A DNA stretch of 64,000 bases, from assembly GCF_036321535.1 (NCBI RefSeq), contig NC_087459.1, positions 9,362,001 to 9,426,000 of the forward strand, given 5' to 3'. Positions 35,755-48,373 of the stretch are shown here, piece by piece (the first letter of the stretch is position 1; each line of letters opens with the position of its first letter). The notes beneath the pieces are model-generated. The model was not told where the DNA came from and ran no database searches. It saw only the letters and a list, made by a program, of their open reading frames with translations. Both the position numbers and the translations under genes were made by a program. This stretch comes from Camelus dromedarius. Taxonomy: Eukaryota.

Positions 35755-38700
35755 TTAGTACAGGGTCTCCCGCGCATGCGTTCTCAGGTGGCGCAGGAGG
35801 TGGGAGTTGCGGCTGAAGCTCCGGCCACACTGCGTGCATGAGTAGGGCCTGGCTCCCGTGTGGACCAGCATGTGACGCAGCAGATTGCAGCTGCGGCTGA
35901 AGATCTTGCCGCACTCCAGGCACTCCTGCGGGGGCTCAGCCTGCCCAGACCCGGACTCATCCCCTGCCCCTGCGTGGGTGGCCAGGTGTCGCTGCAGGTG
36001 GGCGTTGCGCCGGAAGCTCCGGCCGCACTTCTGGCAGCTGTATGGCCGCTCGCCGGTGTGGCTGCGGCGGTGGCGGGCCAGGTTGGAGCTGTTCCGGAAA
36101 CGGTGACCGCAGGTGTCACAGATGTGGGGCTTCTCCCCGGTGTGGATGCGCTGGTGGCGCGCCAGGTGGGCGCTCTGGCTGAAGCCCTCGCCGCACTCGC
36201 TGCAGCGGCAGGGCTTCTCCCCTGTGTGGCTGCGCCGGTGGCGGGCGAGGTCCTGGGTCTGGCTGAAGCTCTTGCCGCACTGGACGCAGTTGTGGGGCCT
36301 AGGGCCGCCGTGGGTCAGGAGGTGGCGGGCGAGGCCAGCCCGCCGCATGAAGCGCTTCCCGCAGTGCGGGCAGCTGTAGGGCCTCTCGCCCGTGTGCACC
36401 CGCTGGTGGCAGACCAGCTGGGAGCTCTGACTGAAGCTGCGGCCGCAGACCTGGCAGGAGAAGGGCCGCTCGCCGGTGTGCACGCGCCGGTGTGCCCCCA
36501 GGTGCTCGCTGCGCCGGAAAGCCTTGCCGCAGTCGCTGCACACATAGGGCCTGCGCTCAGGCCCCGGGTGCAGGCTGCCCGAGCACTCGGAGCACTGGTG
36601 GCCCTTGTCCTTGGCGTGGATTCGCAGGTGGCGCTTGAGGCTGGAGCGGCGCTGGAAGGTCTGGCCGCAGTGGGAGCACAGGACTACGGCCAGCTCCGGG
36701 GGCGCTTGAGTCTTGGTCTCCGGCGCGCACGAGGGCTTTTGGTCCTGGGCGTGCGCCAGGAGGTGCTGCATGAGGCTGGCCCGGCGCTGGAAGCCCTGGC
36801 CGCACTCGGCGCACAGGAAGGCAGGCTCAGAAGAGTGCGTCTGCAGGTGTTTGCTCAGATGCGAGCTCTGGCGGAAGCGGTGGCCACAGAGATGGCAGGT
36901 GTGCGGCCGCTCATCAGTGTGCGTGCGCATGTGCAGCTTGAGGATGGAGCTGCGGCCAAAGCTCTTCCCGCAACACAAGCACAGGAAGGACCGCGCGCCG
37001 GGGTGAGACCGCAGCTGGTGCGCCTCCAGCCGGGAGAGCTGCGGGAAGCTCACCCCGCACTCTGTGCAGATGAACTTTATCTCCGGCTCTGACTTGGGGG
37101 TCCCTCCGGCCACTTTGACCTCAAGAACATCAGTCCTGCTCGGAGGGGACATTTCTCCACCCGTGCGATCCACCTCAGGGCCCCGCCCAAGCGACTGGGT
37201 GTGGGGCTCTTCCGCCACCCTGGGACTGTCTGCCCAAGACTTTGCCGAGTTGGCAGTGGGCCAAGAAACCACTTTCTGCTCTTCTTCTTTAAACTCCTTG
37301 TCTGGGGTTCTGCTTCCAAATCCTGAGAAAGCAGAGAAGAGTACCAGTCAGCCTTTTGGGGAGGGGCTTTTAAGAATCGCCAGAACCTCACTGCCTGGAA
37401 GCGGAAGAAACCCAGAATCCTGCAAAGTTGGTAGGAGGACAGAGGGTGGGGGTAAAACCCAGTTACGTACAAGGTACTGTTTTAAGGTATGTAATTCAGG
37501 TCCATTAGGTATATTCATAATATTGTGCCACCATCACCGCTATCTAGTGTCATCCTCCCAAAAGGAAACATACCTGTTAAGAGGCACTCCCGTTGACCAC
37601 TTATTTTAAAAGCTCAGAGTTGTCAGGGTTGATGATTAAACTCAATGAACCTTAAAAATTGCATCTATATATCTATATAGATATAGGCATATCAATATAT
37701 ATCTATATAGGTATGTATCACTATTTGCCTCACCAAAATAGCCCATTTTTGGCCAAAGAGGCTGAAAAATCAGTTAGGGCCTGGAGTTTCAGGGACCACT
37801 CCAACAGGCAAAGGAAAAGTCTTCAGTGGTCATAAACCTGGGAAAGGGCCTCTTACCCAGAGGATGCACAGGCCAAGCCTTCTTTGCTGGAACATCTTCA
37901 AAGGTCAGGGACTCCTGTGACCAAGGGAGGGGAAGAGATTCTCAGTGAGTGAGGGACAAGGCCCTGGGACTTGAGGGGGATGAAGAACTTTCAAGGTTTA
38001 AATTAAGGGAGATGTGGATTTGCTAAAACTGCAGAGGCAGAGAACATTTCAGGCCATGAGATCTACCCTGAGTGAGGGGACCAGTCTGGCTCACCAGCAC
38101 AGCTGCCAGCTCTTGATCTCCAGAGTTCTCCTCCGGCCACAGCTCAGGGCCCTGGGGGACTGACAGCACTGGGGGAGAAAGAAAGAGCTGTTAGAAGCCA
38201 GCCTTACCCACCATGCTGTTATGAGAATGTGCACCCATGCACACCATCACCAGGGTCCCTTGACAGACATCTTGGCTCTCCCCCATTCCCATCAGTTAGG
38301 GAGGATGCCCAATTCTCTCCGCACCCCCACGCACCTGGCCTCCCAGCTCCCACCAAACACCAGACCTGCACCTTCTGTAGGCACCAGCTCCTCACCGCTC
38401 TCCTGCAAGGCCTGCAATGTTCCCTTAGGACCTGGGCTCAATGGCTGCTTTGAAATTGGGGGACGTCTCCAGGCCCCCATCTCTGCAGGCTTGGAGGGCC
38501 CTGACTGGGACAGCAGGAGTTCCTTTGCTGGTTCCAGGGCTGGAGGCCCTTCTGAAGGCACTTCCTTTTTGGGGCTGTGGCTGGAGACCTGGGAAGAACC
38601 TCCCTGTTCCTCCAAGGTGATGTCTGCACGGGGATAGTTCTTGCCAGCATTAAAACTAAAATCCTGTTCAGAACACATCCATGTTAGGTGACAGACAGGA

Positions 38701-39420
38701 TGTTAATCCATGTCCTACTAACTCCCAAGGGAAATGGAACTGAGGAAAGTGGGAGTCATACTGGGAAGGAGTTGGGAGGTTAAGGAGGAATTGGAGGAGG
38801 GAAGGGAAGTGGAGTGCTCAGTGATTTCTTTTCTTTCTTTTTTTAATTTTGTGCAAATTTTGATGGAGATACTGGGGGTTGAACCCAGGACCTCTCACAT
38901 GCTAAGCTTGCGCTCTACCACTTAACTATACCCTCCACCTCCCTGTTCAGTGATTTCTTAATGGGGTGATAAAGTCCCTGTCTTTCTACCTGCTGTCCAG
39001 CCCACCTGGCTGCCACCCTCTTACCAATGGTCCCACATTGCTGGACTCCCTCTGGACACCCTCCAGCAGCAGCACAACCTCTTCGCCATCCCTGAGCTGC
39101 TGGCCCTGTAGCCGGGCCAGGAGATGCGGAGGCAGCACGCTCAGGAACTGCTCCAGCACCAGCAGCTCCAGGATCTGCTTCTTGGTGTGCAGCGCCGGCT
39201 GCAGCCAGTGGCTACAGAGCTCCCGGAGCCGGCTCAGGGACGCCCTTGGCCCCATATCCTCCTGATACTGGAAGCATCTGAAGAGCTGGTGAGCCACCTC
39301 GGGCCGGGGCCTGGCCTCTGGCTGCCTGGGGTCTTCCTGGCCAGCAGCCTCCTCCTCCTCCAGTTTGACTGCTCCGAACTGCTCTGGCTCCTGCGCAGCC
39401 GGGACAGATTCTGAAAGCAT
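35755..39420 (-). CDS. ZSCAN10: SCAN-domain C2H2 zinc-finger transcription factor ZSCAN10 (Zfp206), 784 aa with 14 fingers
   Basis: Coding exons 39420-39025 (SCAN: [24 protein letters not shown]...LEQFLSVLP), 38663-38396, 38159-38095, 37914-37857 and 37322-35755 (2355 nt, open frame, GT-AG). C-terminus [11 protein letters not shown] as in the recalled orthologue. Confidence 0.95.
38826..38938 (-). mobile_element. Vic-1-like SINE in a ZSCAN10 intron
   Basis: GGGGGTTGAACCCAGGACC and CTCTACCACTTAACTATACC. Confidence 0.8.
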
Positions 39421-39658
39421 TCTTCCCCTTGGTGATGCCTTACAGCGATTGCTTCCACTCTCGGGTCTGTCTCCCTCTCAGCTCCACAAGATGGCTAAAG
39501 ATGTGGCCTCCAGAGGAATTGTTTCTCAAACTGGTCCCAGGTAATGGCTCGGCCTGGCCAACACACCAAAAGGCAAGAAAATGGGTTGTTTGGTACTATC
39601 ATTCCCTCCTGCAGCACTTAGAACTTCACATCACTTTACCCTGGTGGAAAAGAAAGGA

Positions 39659-39780
39659 GGGGGGAGGGTGTAGCTCAGTGGTACAGTGCGTGCTTAGCAT
39701 GCATGGGGGGCCTCGGTTCAATTCTCAGTGCCTCCATTAAATAAATAAATAGACCAAATTGCTTCCCTCCACAAAACAAA
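39659..39780 (+). mobile_element. Vic-1-like SINE
   Basis: GGGTGTAGCTCAGTGGTACAGTGCGTGCTTAGCATGC and GGTTCAATTCTC. Confidence 0.8.
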
Positions 39781-42700
39781 CACTTTACCCCAGTGGTTAA
39801 AGTTGGCATCCCAGAGAGGGCAGTCTGGCTTTCCCTGCCTCTTGATATTGTGCCACAGAGAGTACCTGGTACCACTGAAGATGGGTCCTTGCCAAAAATA
39901 TCCCATCGCAATCCAATCCAGCCTTTAGACCCAATTTCCAGTTCCAGGAACATTGCAGGGAATTAGAACAAGTTGGCAGGGAGGCTAAGAGTGACACTGT
40001 TTAAGGGTACAAACTTGGAACGTGTAGTAAGTAAGTCATAGAGATTCAATGCCTAGTGTAATAAATAGACAATGACATTGTACTATAATTATGTAATGTA
40101 AGTATCGCTACATCACAATCATATTATGATAGATGCTGTATATCTTAAACTTACTCAATGTTATATGTCTAACTTATTTTTTTAAAAAAGCTCTAAAAGA
40201 TATTCTGGGGGTCACTTGGGGAAACCTGGACATGGCTGGGGCACTATTAATGGCTATTAATTTCTGAGGTGGGATTCCAGTGTTGTGATATGTAGGAAGT
40301 GTCTTTATTCTCAGAAAATACTGAAGGGTTTGGAAGTGAAGGGGCAGGAGGGTTCAGCCACATTTATGAGTAGACTTGGCAAATATGGCAAAATTACAGC
40401 AATTGTTGAAGCTGGGAGACGGGTTCATTGCATCGCTCTTCCAACTTCTCTGGAAGTTTGAGAATTTTCAAGATAAAAGGCTGGGGTTGGGGTTAGTTCA
40501 TGCATGTGATCTCTCCTTGACCAGACATCCCAACCTTCATTTTATGGCTCTGCAGGTGGCTCTGAGCAGTCAAGGCCAAGGCCACCCAGCTGACCAGTGC
40601 AGGGCTAAGCTCCCACCTGATGCTCCGATCCCCTTACCTCCCTGAGTTCCATCCCTAGAGACAGGCCAAGATGGGCCAGGGAGCTGGGATGGGTGGGTAG
40701 GTCTCCAGATGAGAGACTGAAGCTTACAGCTTGGAGTTTGTGACAGATGTGTCCCCAAGGCAGGCCAAAGCAGCCTTACCCACTTCAGAGGCCTCTAGTG
40801 GGTTCACCCTTGCAAGCTGGGTGGTGGGTGGGAGAGGCAGTCATTCCTCTTTCTTTCCTATTTTTTTTTTTTTTTTTTTAAGATTCTGGATTCCTTCTTG
40901 GTCTATCCCTCTGGGAGGTATTCACCCCAAACCTGTGAGTCTGGCCAACAATTTAAAAAAGTGTTTCTAACTGGCCTGGGAGCAATGGTTCCATGGAACT
41001 ATTCCTTCCTTTGCTGGGTAGCCCAGACCTACCTAGGGGGAGCTGACCCAAGTGCAGCCCCACCCACAGGAGGCTCAATTCAGTCCTTCAGCACAACCCA
41101 GAAGGCTTACTCTTTTCTGAACAGGCAATTTGATGTTTTAATTTGGGCAGGAATTATCTTATGGGTACAGAATCCCAAGTGCCAACATCTCTCTGCCTTC
41201 TGTGCTTACCAGCCTCAGGGCTGCACATGAACTTCTCCCAAACCTGCCCCCCACCCCTACCCCAGCCCCATGAACATCTGAGGCAGAGGGATGGGAAGAA
41301 ACCCTCCTGCATCACTTCCCACCACATAAAGTGTGTAAAGCAGTGCCCGACACCCAGCAGTCAGTGCACACTGGCTGCACATAAGTAGTAGCTATTGCAA
41401 TTCTCATTACTGGGTAAAAATACAAAAGACCACAGCTAACAGTCAGTCCTATCACTGACCCATTTTACAGTCTCAGACACCCAGACTCAGAGGTACAGAC
41501 ATTTCCCCAAGAAAGTAACCCAGCCTTGGCAATGGAGCCAGGAAGAAGTCAACCGGATCAAGTGCTTTGGATATTTTGAGCCCCCTTCATCTGGAGCTGA
41601 AGGATCTCTGAACCTCCTTTTCAGGTGGGGTGAGCGGGGTATGATGTGGGAGAACAGAGGAAACTTGTGTTTGAAGTCTAGCACTTTCCACCACTGAGGA
41701 GAGGGTCATGATGCTAAAACAAAGCCCCAGGCCTAAATCCTGACCACCTGACCAGGCTGGTCCCCATCTCTCCAGCCTTCCTCTACCTCCCTCCCTCTCC
41801 CTGACCTCCCCTCTCCTTCCTCCTTCTCTCCAGTCTCTCCCAGGCTTTGCACGCCCCCACCCCACCCTCTCCGCCAGCAGCCTTGTCCAGCCTCTGTTCT
41901 TTTCTGCTCTTTGGCAAATGAGACTCCTACCCTCTCTTCTGGTACTCCACACCCCGCCCCGACCTGTCTCTGCTATCCAGTGTCACCACCATTGAAGTTG
42001 AATATATCCACCCCACCACCCCCGGGGCCTGCAAGTGGGTACTGGGTCTTGTTCAGTAACTGTTTACCCACCACTTGAAGTGATTTCAGTGTTTGTTAGC
42101 AGAAAGAAATGATAATGGCTACCTCGCAGTTTTAATTCTTGAGGAATGCATGCAAAAATATCTGGTGCAGAAAGGGCCTTTACTAAATGTTCAAGAAAAT
42201 GGGGTTTTGTTCTATTGTGTTTTGGTAGCATGAGCAAAATCATTAGAGAACTAGTCGCATGTGACCAGGAACCCGGTTATTAGCAGCTGGCAGGGATTGA
42301 GTGCTTCTCTGCATGGGCTCTCTGCTTAGGGTCACTTAACCCCATCCAGCCTCCAAGGTAAATTATAATTTCTCCATTTGACAAGTGCAAAGACCAAGGT
42401 CTGAGAGGATGGGTGACTTGCTCAGGGTCACACCAGGGTGAGCCAAGATTTGCTTTAAGGTTTAAGAATGTTGATCTGACGGTGCAAAAACTCAGGAACA
42501 GAAAAGGATTCAATTTCCCTCCCGCCCAGTGCAGTTTGCCTAGTCTTAACCAGAATATTACAGCATGAATCAGAGGGAAAAAAAGGATTCAAAATTGCAA
42601 CCCTCAGGGTAGACACGTGGGGCACCGGAATCTTTAGGTGAAGTCTCGCCAAAAGCCGAAGAGATGGAATTCAAGGGAAGTTGGCCCTAGAGAGTCTTTC

Positions 42701-44149
42701 CCTCCCCCAAGTCTCCAGGACAAAAGCTCTGTTAATATGCGCATCTGTAGGGGGTGAGCTGGGTTGCAGGGGGAGCTTTTCAGCCATCCTTCAATATTTG
42801 ACCAGCTTAATTTGGAGCCTAGAGAGGCAGAGAGGCGTAGGACAGACCAGCCCGGGTTGGAGGTGCTGCCACAAGACCCACTCAGACAATGGGAGTGCCC
42901 ACAGCCGAGGTCCTCGGCCAGGAATTTTCCCTTTCTCCCTGGGCACAGTTAGCAAGTGCCTGATCACTTGTCTTCAGTGGTTGGCTTCCCCCCAGTCCTG
43001 GGCTGAGTCGAAGGGTCCGGTCAGTCCACCTGGGGGAGCGTGGCGCCTGCCTTCGGCTCCCCAGTGGGTACAGCCAGCCCACGTCACAGGAAGTCCTGCG
43101 ACCCTCCCTAGTGCCCCCATTGCCACAGATCTGCCTGTGCTCCCCGGCACTAGGCTCCCTGGCAAGGACCAACCACATCCACTGAAGACTTTCTTCCAGC
43201 ACCCTAATCCCCCATCCCACCTCCGAGGCCTGGACCTCCCCTCTTTCTCCCTCTAAACTGAAATTAACCTCTTAAATCTGTCCTGGCAGTCTGCACCCCA
43301 TGCCTCCCTGCAACTCACCACTCGGGGTCCCCACTACAGAGGTGAAGATGCTGGGGGGATTCTCTGAGGGCCCCAGGACCAGAGTCAGCCTCCTCCAACC
43401 TGGGGAAGGACTCCGGGAAAATGGAACAGGAAGTTCCCTTCCCCAGTTTCATCCAGGTGGAGAGGGGGGTTTCCTAGAGTTAACCCTTAACCTCCCAGTT
43501 TGGGATGGGGGTGGGGAGAGGGCGGGGCCAGAGAAATTAAGATAAAGCGGCTGATCCAGACTCCTACCAGGCTTACATTTAAATGAGAGTCCAACTCCGC
43601 CTCCAAATAAGAGCTGCCCACCTCCTAATAGGGACTGGCCCTGTGTTCCTTGGGGGCCTGTCTGCCTGAATTTTTGGGGGGACAAGAGCTGCCATTTAAA
43701 AATGCCTCCTGTGTGCCCAACTCTTTGCTAGGCATTTTGTTCATGTGGCAAATCTTTGCCAAGGGCCTGCTGTAAGCCAGGCAGGGTTGTAGGTGCTGAG
43801 AATGCTGAGGTACAGTCCCTGACCTCAGGGGGCTTACATGCTCCGGTTCAGGAGCAAACCACAGGAATGGTGGGTTTTAAGAAAACAAAACAGTACTGTG
43901 TGATGCGGGAAGAGAGGGCATTGGTCGACATTGCCGCCTAAAATTCTCCCAAGAATCCTTTGAAGTGGCTTTTGTCCCAGCTTTACCAAGGACGAAGCAG
44001 GGACTCCCAGGAGGGGAAGTGACCTCATCGCCAGCCTTCAGTCCAACTCTAACTCCAAAATCAAGCCTATCCCTTTGCTCTAAAGGGCCTTATTGGATCA
44101 TGCCCTTGGCCCCAGAGGGAATGGCGCTCCCCACTGGGGAGTCCGCAGT

Positions 44150-45100
44150 GCGCCAATGAGCGTTAAGGGCACCTCCTGTTTGAGGGACCCGAGGCCATAT
44201 GCTTGGTGGCTGCCCCTCGGCCCACGCCCGTCGGTCCGTCGGGCCGGACCCTGCGCTTGCCCTGGCTCCTCGCCTGGGTCTTGTCACTTGCACTTAACAG
44301 CACCTGGGCTTATCTTGTTCCTTTATCTTAATTGTCTAATATGCATCTCACTGGGGCAAGGCTCCCTGCGGACAATGGTTCGTTTCTCTCCTACTCTGAT
44401 CCTCCGCGCCTAGCCTGGCTCCTGGCAAGTGTCTGGACAGAAGAAATGACTGAGGAGCAGCTGCGCAGAGAGCACCGCCCTCCTAGGTTTGCTGGGAACC
44501 GCGCACCTGGCGCTCCACCGCAGGGACTCTCTCCACCGAGGTCGCAGTCCGGGTCTGCTGGGCACCCCCCAACCCGGGGCTGGGCCAGGAAACCTACCTG
44601 GGGCAAGACTTTGATCCGCCCCCACCCTCCATGGACGTGGAAAGGAAATCCCGCCCCTGGGAGTGGCTGGGAGGCGGGGCCGAGGTTCTGCACCCCAGTA
44701 CCTAGGCTGGACCGCCCCACCCCAATCCCGGCGCTGCCGCCCCTGCCCCTGCCTCCGGGAGTGACTCGCGCACCTATGGCTGTGGCCTTGGAGGCCGAGG
44801 CCGCCGTCTGAGCCCTGGGAGTGGGGGCAACTGGACCGGAAGCAGCGGGCACTGCATGGACTCGATGGGGTGAAATGCAGGAATATGGCCTCCTCAGGTA
44901 AGGATCCAACTTGGTGGTCTCGGCGCCTGGAGCGTCCGGGATGAGAGCCTGGACGTGGGGAGATGACTGGGACACTGACTTCCGGGCCTCCGACTCAGGT
45001 GCGCACCTTTCCTGGAATTGTGTCAGAAAAGCAGAGACCAAGCCGACCCAAGCATCAGAAACAGCTTCCAGGCAGAAAGGTAGGTGCCTAGAGTGACACA
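44150..45100. promoter_or_regulatory. CpG island, probable ZSCAN10 promoter (minus-strand exon 1 ending at 44598)
   Basis: Minus-strand donor CAG|GTAGGT at 44598/44597. GC boxes near 44615-44680 and ETS motifs ACCGGAAG (about 44834) and ACTTCCGG (44978). Confidence 0.6.
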
Positions 45101-46919
45101 AGACCAACACTAGCTTTTGGCCTCCTTCATCCCTAACCCTCCGCCGGGCATGGGTGTTGGCTAATATCCCTGCTCCTCGCCCATTCGTTCATTCATTAAG
45201 GAAATATTTGCATCCCCCATGTGTGTCAGGGCGCTGTCCCCGAGCCCAAGGACACAGTGCTGATTAGAAAGGACAAGTGCTTCCCCCATGAGGCTTACAG
45301 TCTGGGCAGGACCAGATCACAGAGGCAGGGATTCCTTTTAACTTTCATTAACTAAAATTGGGGGGAAAAAAAGTTACTGAACATTTAAGCCCCTTCAAAT
45401 TCTTCCTGATCTTTGAAAATACACTCCTCTCTCCCAGAATGTTATCCACGAATAGACGAAAATTCTTGCGAGGTCGTTGGATTGTTACTTTACTCCATTT
45501 AGTAAATAATAAACTCGTCCCCAAGGGACTTTCAATATAAATCTACCTGGCTTGGGGTGTATTTAAATATCTCCTCGAATTATCTTGAAAAATGCACACT
45601 TCAACTATTATAGTTGTCACTTTAGATTTTTTTGTAAGTCATTGGTGTCCAAAAAACAAACCCCCAAACCATAAACTATTTATGTAAAATCAATAAAACT
45701 TGATTATGACTGTTAAAAAAACAAACCCCAACTTACTGTTTGTTCAATAAATATGAAAATAAAAAATTAGGTCTAGTATTATCCAGGTCAGCAAAAGCAC
45801 CCGAAAATACTGACTGATGGGGTCTTCATCTTTTCTCTTATCTCTTCAGTGATTGCAACAGAAAAATGAATTTCATTGTATTTTCAGTTTCCATAGGATT
45901 CCTCCACTTGGGATAATTCAGGGCAAAAGGAGAAATCCTTCTCCTGCTCTGAGAAGAATTACTATTAAAAATGCTATGATTCCTTGATTAGCCTCTGGTT
46001 AACCCAGCAGCTTAAGTGCCTGTCTCTATACTGCATTGGTAACATCTTTTCCTGCAGCTGTAAGCCCAGCATTTTCCTCTGGGTGGTTGCAATCTTGAAG
46101 GAGCAATTGTAGAGTGTTTATGGCACAGCCAGACCTCTTACTGAGGACCAGCCTTGGTTCAGAAGCACCGAGAATTTTGATGAGAACCAGAGTGAGCACT
46201 GCACCTGTCCGGGTCTTGCATCAATGTCTGTAACTAGCTGTCCCCCAGACTTTTCATCTTGTCTCTTTGGCAGGAGCCAGCCATTGGCTCTGCAAGCCCC
46301 AGATGCAGTCTTGGCTTTGCCATTTGCTGCTGTGCGACTTGGGCAAATCATTTAATTGCATCCCTTTGCTCTGTTGCTCCAAGCTCTTCTGTGGCTTCCT
46401 ACTGCACTTAGAACTAAACCCAGGCAGCTCAGCCTGGGGCTCATCCCACAGCCCCTTTCTACCATGGATCTTGTCTTCTGTCCTCTTTTTCCTTTGCCTT
46501 CTAATTCCTGAAAGCACCAATCTGATGCCACCTCCCTGGCCTGGCCTGGAATGGATGCTTCCACTCCCACTCTTCTTTTGCCAGTTCCTCTTCACAATTT
46601 TTTCCCCCTCAAATGAGTTGGCTTAATTCCAGGTGATACAGGATTCAGGAAAAAGAACAAAACCTTAAGAACACACTTCGACAGGATTCTGGGCTGGATT
46701 TACTCTGATCTCACAGCTAAGGCTTAAATGTCTGAGAACTGAAGAGAAGGTGAACTACCATTTTTTATTTTTTTAACCAAAGTTTATTCTTAAATGTACA
46801 ATAGGTCCCAAGACATTGTAGCTATAGTCACTGGGAATCCAGATGTTTAAACATGCATGGAATTAAGGATCATCATTGCCTCAGGCACTAGGAACAGATT
46901 ACTTTTTGCCAGATTTCTT

Positions 46920-47600
46920 TAAAAAAATTTTTTATTGAAGTATTGTCAGTTTACAATGTTGTGTCAATTTCTGGTATACAGCATAATGTTTCAGTCATAC
47001 ATGTACATGCATATATTCCTCTTCATATTTTTCATGATAGGTTACTACAAGATATTGAATATAGTTCCCTGTTCTATACAGTAGAAACTTATTTATGTAT
47101 TTTATATATAGTAGTTAGGATCTGCAAATCTCGAACTCCCAATTTTTTCCTTCCCACCCCCTTCCCCCACTGGTAACCATAAGATTGTTTACTATGTCTG
47201 TGAGTCTGTTTCTGTTTTGTAAATAAGTTCATTTGTGTCTTTTTTTTTTTTTTTTTTTAGGTTCCACATATAAGTGATATCATATGGTATTTTTTTCTTT
47301 CTCTTTCTGGCTTCACTTAGNNNNNNNNNNNNNNNNNNNNNNNNNNNNNNNNNNNNNNNNNNNNNNNNNNNNNNNNNNNNNNNNNNNNNNNNNNNNNNNN
47401 NNNNNNNNNNNNNNNNNNNNNNNNNNNNNNNNNNNNNNNNNNNNNNNNNNNNNNNNNNNNNNNNNNNNNNNNNNNNNNNNNNNNNNNNNNNNNNNNNNNN
47501 NNNNNNNNATATATTTTTGAATTAGAGTTTTCTCCAAATACATGTCCAGGAGTGGGACTGCTAGATCATATGGTAAGTCTATTTTTAGTTTTTTAAGGAG
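46920..47600 (-). mobile_element. Young L1 3' fragment with a gap (N 47321-47508)
   Basis: Closely similar to the L1 at 3318-4282, e.g. TTCCACAT(A/G)TAAGTGATAT and TTTCTCTTTCTGGCTT. Confidence 0.85.
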
Positions 47601-47974
47601 CTGTCCACTCTTTTTAAAATGTTCTCTCTGTGCACTCTTGTTTTCTTTATAGCACTTCTCACAGTCTGTGATTCACTCACTGATTTTTTGTTTACTTTGC
47701 TTCCTTCTGTCTTCCCCTACTGGGCTGTAAGCCACCATGTCTCTGCAGTTCATTGGTCCCCAGCTTGACCTCTTAGTGGCTTTATTGTCCATGTTGCTTT
47801 GAACTCTATTAGCTTCTGGGACCCACACTCTTCTGTGTTTTTTGTTTTTTGTTTATTTTCTTTCTCTACTTTTCCAGTTGTCTCCTCACAGTCTTCACCA
47901 AGTCCTCTTCCTCTACCAGACAGGTAAGTGTTGGGACCCTGCAAGGGCTCTGGCCTAGAGGGCCTCTTCTCACT

Positions 47975-48373
47975 CCATTGCCGTTGAGCCTAGGCTGGAT
48001 TTAGTGATTGCTTCTAATAAACAGAATCCAGTAGTAGTGATGGGGTGTCACTTCCGAAATTAGGTGGTAACCAGGCTGTGGCTTTGTCTTGGGGGCCCTG
48101 TTATGTGCCCTCTCTCTCTTGCTTGCTCACCCTGGGCCAGACACATCTGTGGAGAGGCCCATGGGGTGAGGGGCCAAGGCCAACCAACTTGGATCCCCTG
48201 CCCCCCAGTTAAGCCTTAAGATGAGACCACAGCCCCAGCTAACAACTTGACTACAACCCTTGACCTTGTGCTAGAGGCACTCATTTGGGTGCCGAAATTG
48301 TGAGATAATAAGAATTTATCGTAAGCTGCAATGTTTTGGGATTATTTGTTATGCAGCAATAGATAACTAATAC
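47975..48373 (+). mobile_element. MLT1-family LTR
   Basis: Ends TTTGTTATGCAGCAATAGATAACTAATACA, the MLT1 3' terminus. Confidence 0.75.

Noticed and set aside
35860-37092. 410-aa plus-strand ORF
   Set aside because: Antisense shadow of the GC-rich ZSCAN10 finger exon; low-complexity Ala/Gly/Val product with no domain.
38207-38395. Cryptic donor extending ZSCAN10 coding exon 2 by 189 nt in frame
   Set aside because: The extension contains a stop at 38292-38294.
44330-44347. ATTGTCTAATATGCAT as a Sox-Oct composite
   Set aside because: Spacing and octamer sequence do not fit the canonical CATTGTnATGCAAAT.
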